Of a stretch of 64,000 nucleotides of DNA, positions 13,601 through 25,600 are shown in pieces; the first letter of the stretch is position 1, and every line of letters begins with the position of its first letter. The DNA lies in contig JBLWGC010000194.1 in NCBI GenBank assembly GCA_048772705.1, positions 62,001-126,000 of the forward strand, read 5' to 3'. A program made the translations under genes and the position numbers. The notes under the pieces are model-generated. The model did not search any database, was not told the origin of the DNA, and worked only from the letters and a program-made list of their open reading frames with translations. The DNA is from Leidyana gryllorum EB-2025a. Its lineage: Eukaryota > Protista > Apicomplexa.

Positions 13601-16600
13601 TCAGAGGCAGTGGTGGTGACACCGGTAGCGATCGAAGTGCCAGTGGACTCAGAGGCAGTAGTGGTCGGGGTGGTAGTGACAGGTGGCTGGATCTCGACTG
13701 TGCTAGTGGTAGACTCCTCGGTCACGACCTGTTCGGTACCCACAGGAGTAACTATCGGTTCCTCTGTACTCGCAACTGTGGACTCAGAGGCAGTGGTAGT
13801 GACACCAGTAGCGATCGAAGTGCCAGTGGACTCAGAGGCAGTGGTAGAGACACCAGTAGCGATCGAAGTGCCAGTGGACTCAGAGGCAGTGGTAGAGACA
13901 CCAGTAGCGATCGAAGTGCCAGTGGACTCAGAGGCAGTAGTGGTCGGGGTGGTAGTGACAGGTGGCTGGATCTCGACTGTGCTAGTGGTAGACTCAGCTT
14001 CGGAGGTGGACTCAGAGGCAGTGGTAGTGACACCAGTAGCGATCGAAGTGCCAGTGGACTCAGAGGCAGTGGTGGTGACACCGGTAGCGATCGAAGTGCC
14101 AGTGGACTCAGAGGCAGTGGTAGAGACACCAGTAGCGATCGAAGTGCCAGTGGACTCAGAGGCAGTGGTGGTGACACCAGTAGCGATCGAAGTGCCAGTG
14201 GACTCCGAGGCAGTGGTAGTGACACCAGTAGCGATCGAAGTGCCAGTGGACTCAGAGGCAGTGGTAGTGACACCAGTAGCGATCGAAGTGCCAGTGGACT
14301 CAGAGGCAGTAGTGGTCGGGGTGGTAGTGACAGGTGGCTGGATCTCGACTGTGCTAGTGGTAGTCTCCTCGGTCACGACCTGTTCAGTACCCACAGGAGT
14401 GACTATTGGTTCCTCTGTGCTCGAAACGGCAGACTCAGAGGCAGTGGTAGTGACACCGGTAGCGATCGAAGTGCCAGTGGACTCAGAGGCAGTGGTAGTG
14501 ACACCGGTAGCGATCGAAGTGCCAGTGGACTCAGAGGCAGTGGTAGAGACACCAGTAGCGATCGAAGTGCCAGTGGACTCAGAGGCAGTGGTAGAGACAC
14601 CAGTAGCGATCGAAGTGCCAGTGGACTCAGAGGCAGTAGTAGTGACACCGGTAGCGATCGAAGTGCCAGTGGACTCAGAGGCAGTGGTGGTGACACCGGT
14701 AGCGATCGAAGTGCCAGTGGACTCCGAGGCAGTGGTAGTGACACCAGTAGCGATCGAAGTGCCAGTGGACTCAGAGGCAGTGGTAGTGACACCAGTAGCG
14801 ATCGAAGTGCCAGTGGACTCAGAGGCAGTAGTGGTCGGGTCGGGGTGGTAGTGACAGGTGGCTGGATCTCGACTGTGCTAGTGGTAGTCTCCTCGGTCAC
14901 GACCTGTTCAGTACCCACAGGAGTGACTATTGGTTCCTCTGTGCTCGAAACGGCAGACTCAGAGGCAGTGGTGGTGACACCAGTAGCGATCGAAGTGCCA
15001 GTGGACTCAGAGGCAGTGGTGGACACCGGTAGCGATCGAAGTGCCAGTGGACTCAGAGGCAGTGGTGGACACCGGTAGCGATCGAACTGCCAGTGGCGAA
15101 TCTCAGCGGTGCTGAGTGGTAGACTCGCTCAGTGCGAGAGGCAGTGGACTCAGAGGCAGTGGTAGGACACCAGTAGCGTCGAAGTGCCAGTGGACTCAGA
15201 GGCAGTGGTGGAGACGCCAGTAGCGATCGAAGTGCCGGTGGACTCCGAGGCAGTGGTGGTGACACCGGTAGCGATCGAAGTGCCAGTGGACTCAGAGGCA
15301 GTGGTAGTGACACCAGTAGCGGTCGAAGTGCCAGTGGACTCAGAGGCAGTAGTGGAGACGCCAGTAGCGATCGAAGTGCCGGTGGACTCAGAGGCAGTGG
15401 TGGTGACGCCAATAGCGATCGAAGTGTCAGTGGACTCAGAGGCAGTAGTGGTCGGGGTGGTAGTGACAGGTGGCTGGATCTCGACTGTGCTAGTGGTAGT
15501 CTCCTCGGTCACGACCTGTTCAGTACCCACAGGAGTGACTATTGGTTCCTCTGTGCTCGACACGGCAGCCTCAGAGGCAGTGGTGGTGACACCAGTAGCG
15601 ATCGAAGTGCCAGTGGACTCAGAGGCAGTGGTGGTGACACCAGTAGCGATCGAAGTGCCAGTGGACTCCGAGGCAGTGGTAGTGACACCAGTAGCGATCG
15701 AAGTGCCAGTGGACTCAGAGGCAGTGGTAGTGACACCAGTAGCGATCGAAGTGCCAGTGGACTCAGAGGCAGTGGTAGTGACACCAGTAGCGATCGAAGT
15801 GCCAGTGGACTCAGAGGCAGTAGTGGTCGGGGTGGTAGTGACAGGTGGCTGGATCTCGACTGTGCTAGTGGTAGTCTCCTCGGTCACGACCTGTTCAGTA
15901 CCCACAGGAGTGACTATTGGTTCCTCTGTGCTCGAAACGGCAGACTCAGAGGCAGTGGTGGTGACACCGGTAGCGATCGAAGTGCCAGTGGACTCAGAGG
16001 CAGTGGTGGTGACACCGGTAGCGATCGAAGTGCCAGTGGACTCAGAGGCAGTGGTGGTGACACCGGTAGCGATCGAAGTGCCAGTGGACTCAGAGGCAGT
16101 AGTGGTCGGGGTGGTAGTGACAGGTGGCTGGATCTCGACTGTGCTAGTGGTAGACTCAGCTTCGGAGGTGGACTCCGAGGCAGTGGTAGTGACACCAGTA
16201 GCGATCGAAGTGTCAGTGGACTCAGAGGCAGTGGTGGTGACACCGGTAGCGATCGAAGTGCCAGTGGACTCAGAGGCAGTAGTGGTCGGGGTGGTAGTGA
16301 CAGGTGGCTGGATCTCGACTGTGCTAGTGGTAGTCTCCTCGGTCACGACCTGTTCAGTACCCACAGGAGTGACTATTGGTTCCTCTGTGCTCGAAACGGC
16401 AGACTCAGAGGCAGTGGTGGTGACACCGGTAGCGATCGAAGTGCCAGTGGACTCAGAGGCAGTGGTAGTGACACCGGTAGCGATCGAAGTGCCAGTGGAC
16501 TCAGAGGCAGTGGTAGTGACACCAGTAGCGATCGAAGTGCCAGTGGACTCAGAGGCAGTAGTGGTCGGGGTGGTAGTGACAGGTGGCTGGATCTCGACTG

Positions 16601-19600
16601 TGCTAGTGGTAGTCTCCTCGGTCACGACCTGTTCAGTACCCACAGGAGTGACTATTGGTTCCTCTGTGCTCGAAACGGCAGACTCAGAGGCAGTGGTGGT
16701 GACACCGGTAGCGATCGAAGTGCCAGTGGACTCAGAGGCAGTGGTAGTGACACCGGTAGCGATCGAAGTGCCAGTGGACTCAGAGGCAGTAGTGGAGACG
16801 CCAGTAGCGATCGAAGTGCCAGTGGACTCAGAGGCAGTGGTAGTGACACCGGTAGCGATCGAAGTGCCAGTGGACTCCGAGGCAGTGGTAGTGACACCAG
16901 TAGCGATCGAAGTGCCAGTGGACTCCGAGGCAGTGGTAGTGACACCGGTAGCGATCGAAGTGCCGGTGGACTCAGAGGCAGTGGTAGAGACACCAGTAGC
17001 GATCGAAGTGCCAGTGGACTCAGAGGCAGTAGTGGTCGGGGTGGTAGTGACAGGTGGCTGGATCTCGACTGTGCTAGTGGTAGTCTCCTCGGTCACGACC
17101 TGTTCAGTACCCACAGGAGTGACTATTGGTTCCTCTGTGCTCGAAACGGCAGACTCAGAGGCAGTGGTGGTGACACCGGTAGCGATCGAAGTGCCAGTGG
17201 ACTCCGAGGCAGTGGTAGTGACACCGGTAGCAATCGAAGTGCCAGTGGACTCAGAGGCAGTGGTAGTGACACCAGTTGCAATCGAAGTGCCAGTGGACTC
17301 AGAGGCAGTAGTGGTCGGGGTGGTAGTGACAGGTGGCTGGATCTCGACTGTGCTAGTAGTAGACTCGACCTCAGTACCAGAGTGGACTCAGAGGCAGTGG
17401 TGGAGACCCAGTAGCGATCGAAGTGCCAGTGGACTCAGAGGCAGTGGTGGTGACACCGGTAGCGATCGAAGTGCCAGTGGACTCAGAGGCAGTGGTAGTG
17501 ACACCAGTAGCGATCGAAGTGCCAGTGGACTCAGAGGCAGTGGTGGTGACACCAGTAGCGATCGAAGTGCCAGTGGACTCAGAGGCAGTGGTGGTGACAC
17601 CGGTAGCGATCGAAGTGCCAGTGGACTCAGAGGCAGTGGTGGTGACGCCAGTAGCGATCGAAGTGCCAGTGGACTCCGAGGCAGTAGTGGTGACACCAGT
17701 AGCGATCGAAGTGCCAGTGGACTCAGAGGCAGTGGTAGTGACACCAGTAGCGATCGAAGTGCCAGTGGACTCAGAGGCAGTAGTGGTCGGGGTGGTAGTG
17801 ACAGGTGGCTGGATCTCGACTGTGCTAGTGGTAGACTCTCGGAGGTAGACTCAGCTTCGGAGGTGGTCCGGTGGACTCAGAGGCAGTGGTGGTGACACCA
17901 GTAGCGATCGAAGTGCCAGTGGACTCAGAGGCAGTAGTGGGAGACGCCAGTAGCGATCGAAGTGCCAGTGGACTCAGAGGCAGTGGTAGTGACACCAGTA
18001 GCGATCGAAGTGCCAGTGGACTCAGAGGCAGTAGTGGAGACGCCAGTAGCGATCGAAGTGCCAGTGGACTCAGAGGCAGTGGTAGTGACACCGGTAGCGA
18101 TCGAAGTGCCAGTGGACTCAGAGGCAGTGGTGGTGACACCGGTAGCGATCGAAGTGCCAGTGGACTCAGAGGCAGTAGTGGTCGGGGTGGTAGTGACAGG
18201 TGGCTGGATCTCGACTGTGCTAGTGGTAGACTCAGCTTCGGAGGTGGACTCAGAGGCAGTGGTAGTGACACCAGTAGCGATCGAAGTGCCAGTGGACTCA
18301 GAGGCAGTAGTGGTCGGGGTGGTAGTGACAGGTGGCTGGATCTCGACTGTGCCAGTGGTAAGACACCAGTAGCGATCGAAGTGCCAGTGGACTCAGAGGC
18401 AGTGGTAGTGACACCAGTAGCGATCGAAGTGCCAGTGGACTCAGAGGCAGTAGTGGTGACGCCAGTAGCGATCGAAGTGCCAGTGGACTCAGAGGCAGTA
18501 GTGGTCGGGGTGGTAGTGACAGGTGGCTGGATCTCGACTGTGCTAGTGGTAGACTCGGCTTCGGAGGTGGACTCAGAGGCAGTGGTAGTGACACCAGTAG
18601 CGGTCGAAGTGCCAGTGGACTCAGAGGCAGTAGTGGAGACGCCAGTAGCGATCGAAGTGCCAGTGGACTCAGAGGCAGTGGTAGTGACACCAGTAGCGGT
18701 CGAAGTGCCAGTGGACTCAGAGGCAGTGGTGGTGACACTGGTAGCGATCGAAGTGCCAGTGGACTCAGAGGCAGTGGTGGTGACACTGGTAGCGATCGAA
18801 GTGCCAGTGGACTCAGAGGCAGTGGTGGTGACACCGGTAGCGATCGAAGTGCCAGTGGACTCCGAGGCAGTGGTGATGACACCGGTAGCGATCGAAGTGC
18901 CAGTGGACTCAGAGGCAGTAGTAGTGACACCGGTAGCGATCGAAGTGCCAGTGGACTCATAGGCAGTGGCGGTAACACCGGTAGCGATCGTAGTGCCAGT
19001 GGACTCCGAGGCAGTGGTGGTGACACCGGTAGCGATCGAAGTGCCAGTGGACTCAGAGGCAGTAGTGGTGACACCGGTAGCGATCGAAGTGCCAGTGGAC
19101 TCAGAGGCAGTAGTAGTGACACCGGTAGCGATCGAAGTGCCAGTGGACTCCGAAGCAGTAGTGGTGACACCAGTAGCGATCGAAGTGCCAGTGGACTCAT
19201 AGGCAGTGGTAGTGACGTCTGATGCGATCGAAGTGCCAGTGAATCCGTCAGTAGCCGTGTTGATGCCGCCGGAAGTGGTTTCCTCTGTCTCGGACGTGAT
19301 GATAATCTCCGTTGACGTGTCGCCATGACTGGTACTGGTCAATATTATCTCTGTAGTGGAACTTGACAGTTCGTGCTCAGTGTTGGACGAAAGGTCATCA
19401 GTGGAAGTGATGGTCGGGATGGTGGTGACAGGTGGCTGGATCTGAATGGTGCTGGTTGACTCCTCGGTCACGACCTGCTCAGTACCCACTGGCGTGACCA
19501 CGGGTCCCTCAGTATTTGAAGTAAGCAATGGTTTCTCAGAGACAGTGTCAGTGACACCAGTGCTAACTGGAGTGGCAGTCGACTCGGAGGCGGTGGTGGG

Positions 19601-22600
19601 AAGAGGCGTGTTGGGCGATTGGATCTCGAGAGTACTTGTTGTTGGTTCCTCGGTCAACACCTGCTCAGTACCCACGGGTGTGACCACTGGTCCTTCTGTA
19701 ATCGAAGTAATTGACTCGGAGGCGGTGGTAGTGACACCAGTGGTAACAAGAGTAGCAGTCGACTCGGAGGCGGTGGTAGTGACACCAGTGCTAACCGGAG
19801 TGGCAGTCGACTCGGAGGCGGTGGTAGTGACACCAGTGGTAACCGGAGTAACAGTTGACTCGGAGGCGGTGGTAGTGACACCAGTGCTAAGCGGAGTGGC
19901 AGTCGACTCGGAGGCGGTGGTAGTGACACCAGTGGTAACCGGAGTGGCAGTCGACTCGGAAGCGGTGGTAGTGACACCAGTGGTAACCGGAGTGGCAGTC
20001 GACTCGGAGGCGGTGGTGGGAAGAGGCGTGTTGGGCGATTGGATCTCGAGAGTACTTGTTGTTGGTTCCTCGGTCAACACCTGCTCAGTACCCACGGGTG
20101 TGACCACTGGTCCTTCTGTAATCGAAGTAATTGACTCGGAGGCGGTGGTAGTGACACCAGTGGTAACCGGAGTAACAGTTGACTCGGAGGCGGTGGTAGT
20201 GACACCAGTGCTAAGCGGAGTGGCAGTCGACTCGGAGGCGGTGGTAGTGACACCAGTGGTAACCGGAGTAACAGTGGACTCGGAGGCGGTGGTAGTGACA
20301 CCAGTGGTAACCGGAGTAACAGTCGACGCGGAGGCGGTGGTAGTGACACCAGTGCTAAGCGGAGTAGCAGTCGACTCGGAGGCGGTGGTAGTGACACCAG
20401 TGGTAACCGGAGTAACAGTCGACTCAGAGGCGGTGGTAGTGACACCAGTGGTAACCGGAGTAACAGTCGACGCGGAGGCGGTGGTAGTGACACCAGTGCT
20501 AAGCGGAGTAGCAGTCGACTCGGAGGCGGTGGTAGTGACACCAGTGCTAAGCGGAGTGGCAGTCGACTCGGAGGCGGTGGTAGTGACACCAGTGGTAACC
20601 GGAGTAACAGTTGACTCGGAGGCGGTGGTAGTGACACCAGTGGTAACCGGAGTAACAGTTGACTCGGAGGCGGTGGTAGTGACACCAGTGCTAAGCGGAG
20701 TGGCAGTCGACTCGGAGGCGGTGGTAGTGACACCAGTGGTAACCGGAGTAACAGTCGACTCGGAGGCGGTGGTAGTGACCCCAGTGGTAACCGGAGTAAC
20801 AGTCGACTCGGAGGCGGTGGTAGTGACCCCAGTGGTAACCGGAGTAACAGTCGACTCAGAGGCGGTGGTAGTAACACCAGTGGTGACCGGAGTAGCAGTC
20901 GACTCGGAGGCGGTGGTAGTGACACCAGTGGTAACCGGAGTAACAGTGGACTCGGAAGCGGTGGTAGTGACACCAGTGGTAACCGGAGTGGCAGTCGACT
21001 CGGAGGCGGTGGTGGGAAGAGGCGTGTTGGGCGATTGGATCTCGAGAGTACTTGTTGTTGGTTCCTCGGTCAACACCTGCTCAGTACCCACGGGTGTGAC
21101 CACTGGTCCTTCTGTAATCGAAGTAATTGACTCGGAGGCGGTGGTAGTGACACCAGTGGTAACCGGAGTAACAGTCGACTCGGAGGCGGTGGTAGTGACA
21201 CCAGTGCTAAGCGGAGTGGCAGTCGACTCAGAGGCGGTGGTAGTAACACCAGTGGTGACCGGAGTAGCAGTCGACTCGGAGGCGGTGGTAGTGACACCAG
21301 TGGTAACCGGAGTAACAGTGGACTCGGAAGCGGTGGTGGGAAGAGGCGTGTTGGGCGATTGGATCTCGAGAGTACTTGTTGTTGGTTCCTCGGTCAACAC
21401 CTGCTCAGTACCCACGGGTGTGACCACTGGTCCTTCTGTAATCGAAGTAATTGACTCGGAGGCGGTGGTAGTGACACCAGTGCTAAGCGGAGTGGCAGTC
21501 GACTCGGAGGCGGTGGTAGTGACACCAGTGCTAAGCGGAGTGGCAGTCGACTCGGAGACGCTGGTAGTGACACCAGTGGTGACCGGAGTAACAGAGGACT
21601 CGGAGGCGGTGGTGGGAGGAGGCGTGTTGGGCGATTGGATCTCGAGAGTACTTGTTGTTGGTTCCTCGGTCAACACCTGCTCAGTACCCACGGGTGTGAC
21701 CACAGGCCCTTCTGTAATCGAAGTAATTGACTCGGAGGCGGTGGTAGTGACACCAGTGGTAACAAGAGTAGCAGTCGACTCGGAGGCGGTGGTAGTGACA
21801 CCAGTGGTAACCGGAGTGGCAGTCGACTCGGAGGCGGTGGTAGTGACACCAGTGCTAAGCGGAGTGGCAGTCGACTCGGAGGCGGTGGTAGTGACACCAG
21901 TGGTAACCGGAGTGGCAGTCGACTCGGAGGCGGTGGTAGTGACACCAGTGGTAACCGGAGTAGCAGTCGACTCGGAGGCGGTGGTAGTGACACCAGTGGT
22001 AACCGGAGTAACAGTCGACTCGGAAGCGGTGGTGGGAAGAGGCGTGTTGGGCGATTGGATCTCGAGAGTACTTGTTGTTGGTTCCTCGGTCAACACCTGC
22101 TCAGTACCCACGGGTGTGACCACAGGCCCTTCTGTAATCGAAGTAATTGACTCGGAGGCGGTGGTAGTGACACCAGTGGTAACAAGAGTAGCAGTCGACT
22201 CGGAGGCGGTGGTAGTGACACCAGTGGTAACCGGAGTGGCAGTCGACTCGGAGGCGGTGGTAGTGACACCAGTGGTAACCGGAGTAGCAGTCGACTCGGA
22301 GGCGGTGGTAGTGACACCAGTGGTAACCGGAGTGGCAGTCGACTCGGAGGCGGTGGTAGTGACACCAGTGGTAACCGGAGTAGCAGTCGACTCGGAGGCG
22401 GTGGTAGTGACACCAGTGGTAACCGGAGTAACAGTCGACTCGGAAGCGGTGGTGGGAAGAGGCGTGTTGGGCGATTGGATCTCGAGAGTACTTGTTGTTG
22501 GTTCCTCGGTCAACACCTGCTCAGTACCCACGGGTGTGACCACTGGTCCTTCTGTAATCGAAGTAATTGACTCGGAGGCGGTGGTAGTGACACCAGTGGT

Positions 22601-25600
22601 AACCGGAGTAACAGTTGACTCGGAGGCGGTGGTAGTGACACCAGTGGTAACCGGAGTGGCAGTCGACTCGGAGGCGGTGGTAGTGACACCAGTGCTAAGC
22701 GGAGTGGCAGTCGACTCGGAGGCGGTGGTAGTGACACCAGTGCTAAGCGGAGTGGCAGTCGACTCGGAGGCGGTGGTAGTGACACCAGTGGTAACCGGAG
22801 TGGCAGTCGACTCGGAGGCGGTGGTAGTGACACCAGTGCTAAGCGGAGTGGCAGTCGACTCGGAGGCGGTGGTAGTGACACCAGTGCTAAGCGGAGTGGC
22901 AGTCGACTCGGAGGCGGTGGTAGTGACACCAGTGCTAAGCGGAGTGGCAGTCGACTCGGAGGCGGTGGTGGGAGGAGGCGTGTTGGGCGATTGGATCTCG
23001 AGAGTACTTGTTGTTGGTTCCTCGGTCAACACCTGCTCAGTACCCACGGGTGTGACCACAGGCCCTTCTGTACTCGAGGTAATTGACTCGGAGGCGGTGG
23101 TAGTGACACCAGTGGTGACCGGAGTAACAGTGGACTCGGAGGCGCTGGTAGTGACACCAGTGGTAACCGGAGTAACAGTGGACTCGGAAGCGGTGGTAGT
23201 GACACCAGTGCTAAGCGGAGTAACAGTGGACTCGGAGGCGCTGGTAGTGACACCAGTGGTGACCGGAGTAACAGAGGACTCGGAGGCGGTGGTAGTGACA
23301 CCAGTGCTAAGCGGAGTGGCAGTCGACTCGGAGACGCTGGTAGTGACACCAGTGGTGACCGGAGTAACAGTTGACTCGGAGGCGGTGGTAGTGACACCAG
23401 TGGTAACCGGAGTAACAGTGGACTCGGAAGCGGTGGTAGTGACACCAGTGCTAAGCGGAGTAACAGTGGACTCGGAGGCGCTGGTAGTGACACCAGTGGT
23501 GACCGGAGTAACAGAGGACTCGGAGGCGGTGGTAGTGACACCAGTGCTAAGCGGAGTGGCAGTCGACTCGGAGACGCTGGTAGTGACACCAGTGGTGACC
23601 GGAGTAACAGAGGACTCGGAGGCGCTGGTAGTGACACCAGTGGTAACCGGAGTAACAGAGGACTCGGAGGCGGTGGTAGTGACACCAGTGCTAAGCGGAG
23701 TGGCAGTCGACTCGGAGACGCTGGTAGTGACACCAGTGGTGACCGGAGTAACAGTTGACTCGGAGGCGGTGGTAGTGACACCAGTGGTAAGCGGAGTAGC
23801 AGTCGACTCGGAGGCGGTGGTAGTGACACCAGTGCTAAGCGGAGTGGCAGTCGACTCGGAGGCGGTGGTAGTGACACCAGTGGTAACCGGAGTAACAGTC
23901 GACTCGGAGGCGGTGGTAGTGACACCAGTGCTAAGCGGAGTGGCAGTCGACTCGGAGGCGGTGGTGGGAAGAGGCGTGTTGGGCGATTGGATCTCGAGAG
24001 TACTTGTTGTTGGTTCCTCGGTCAACACCTGCTCAGTACCCACGGGTGTGACCACTGGTCCTTCTGTAATCGAAGTAATTGACTCGGAGGCGGTGGTAGT
24101 GACACCAGTGCTAAGCGGAGTGGCAGTCGACTCGGAGGCGGTGGTAGTGACACCAGTGGTAACCGGAGTAACAGTGGACTCGGAAGCGGTGGTAGTGACA
24201 CCAGTGCTAAGCGGAGTGGCAGTCGACTCGGAGGCGGTGGTAGTGACACCAGTGGTAACCGGAGTAACAGTGGACTTGGAAGCGGTGGTAGTGACACCAG
24301 TGCTAAGCGGAGTGGCAGTCGACTCGGAGGCGGTGGTAGTGACACCAGTGGTAACCGGAGTAACAGTGGACTCGGAGGCGGTGGTAGTGACACCAGTGGT
24401 AACCGGAGTAACAGTGGACTCGGAAGCGGTGGTAGTGACACCAGTGCTAAGCGGAGTAACAGTGGACTCGGAGGCGCTGGTAGTGACACCAGTGGTGACC
24501 GGAGTAACAGAGGACTCGGAGGCGGTGGTGGGAGGAGGCGTGTTGGGCGATTGGATCTCGAGAGTACTTGTTGTTGGTTCCTCGGTCAACACCTGCTCAG
24601 TACCCACGGGTGTGACCACAGGCCCTTCTGTACTCGAGGTAATTGACTCGGAGACGCTGGTAGTGACACCAGTGGTGACCGGAGTAACAGAGGACTCGGA
24701 GGCGGTGGTGGGAGGAGGCGTGTTGGGCGATTGGATCTCGAGAGTACTTGTTGTTGGTTCCTCGGTGGCGATAAGCTCCGTGCTGATGGGAGAGAGAGTG
24801 TCCGTTTGAGTGAGTGTGACCGTTGCACTCGACTCCAACGCAGACGAGAGATCGGTTTTTGAGACGAAAGTTGATTCTGCTGAAGTAGTCAAGATTGAGG
24901 TGACGCTTGACCTTGATGTGGTAGGGGTAGCTATCGGGCTTGTGGCAGGCGGCTGTGTTTCCTCACTGCTGGTTGTTGCAGTGGTTGACTTTTCCGGCTC
25001 CGTTCCTGTGGTTTCGACAGCAGTTGTCAGTTCATCTGTCGAAGTGAGTTCAGATTCTGTACTTGGGGAGGAAACTTCAGGGGTACTTGAGATCTCTATC
25101 TGGGTAGTACCCATTTCTGTAGAGAAGGGAGTAGTTTCAACAGTGGTGACTGTTGCGGTGGGAATGGAAGACATGGTAATAGTTCGAGTGTCCAAGAGTT
25201 CGGTAGTGTCCGATGCGGTCTCACTACTTGTGATTGTCTCAACGGTAGTGAGAGTACTTGAGGTTTCCAGTGTAGTCCATGACTGCGTAAGTTCTTCCGT
25301 CGACTCACTGGTCGAAGAATGAGTGTCCACCTCGGTAGAAGTATCTCTCGGCACTTCAGTAGCACTAGTTTCCTCGACAGTAGTGTCAAGGAGGATCGTG
25401 GTGCTGGATTCCTCCGTGAGGTCCGATGAGGGGGTGGTGTCCAGAAGTATTGTGGTCGAAGACTCCTCAGTACTGTCCAGTTCTATCGTGGTGTGTGTTT
25501 CTTCAGAAGTTGAATCAAGCTCAAGTCCAGTAGTGCTCTCCGGTTCGGAGCATTCTGGATGGCAGCCTTCTGGACACTCGCACTCTTCCTCACAATCTGG

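Noticed and set aside
1-24770. CRISPR-like or satellite interpretation of the repeat-spacer pattern
   Set aside because: Units are multiples of 3, the 'spacers' are themselves repeated, variation is codon-structured, the context is eukaryotic and there are no cas genes.
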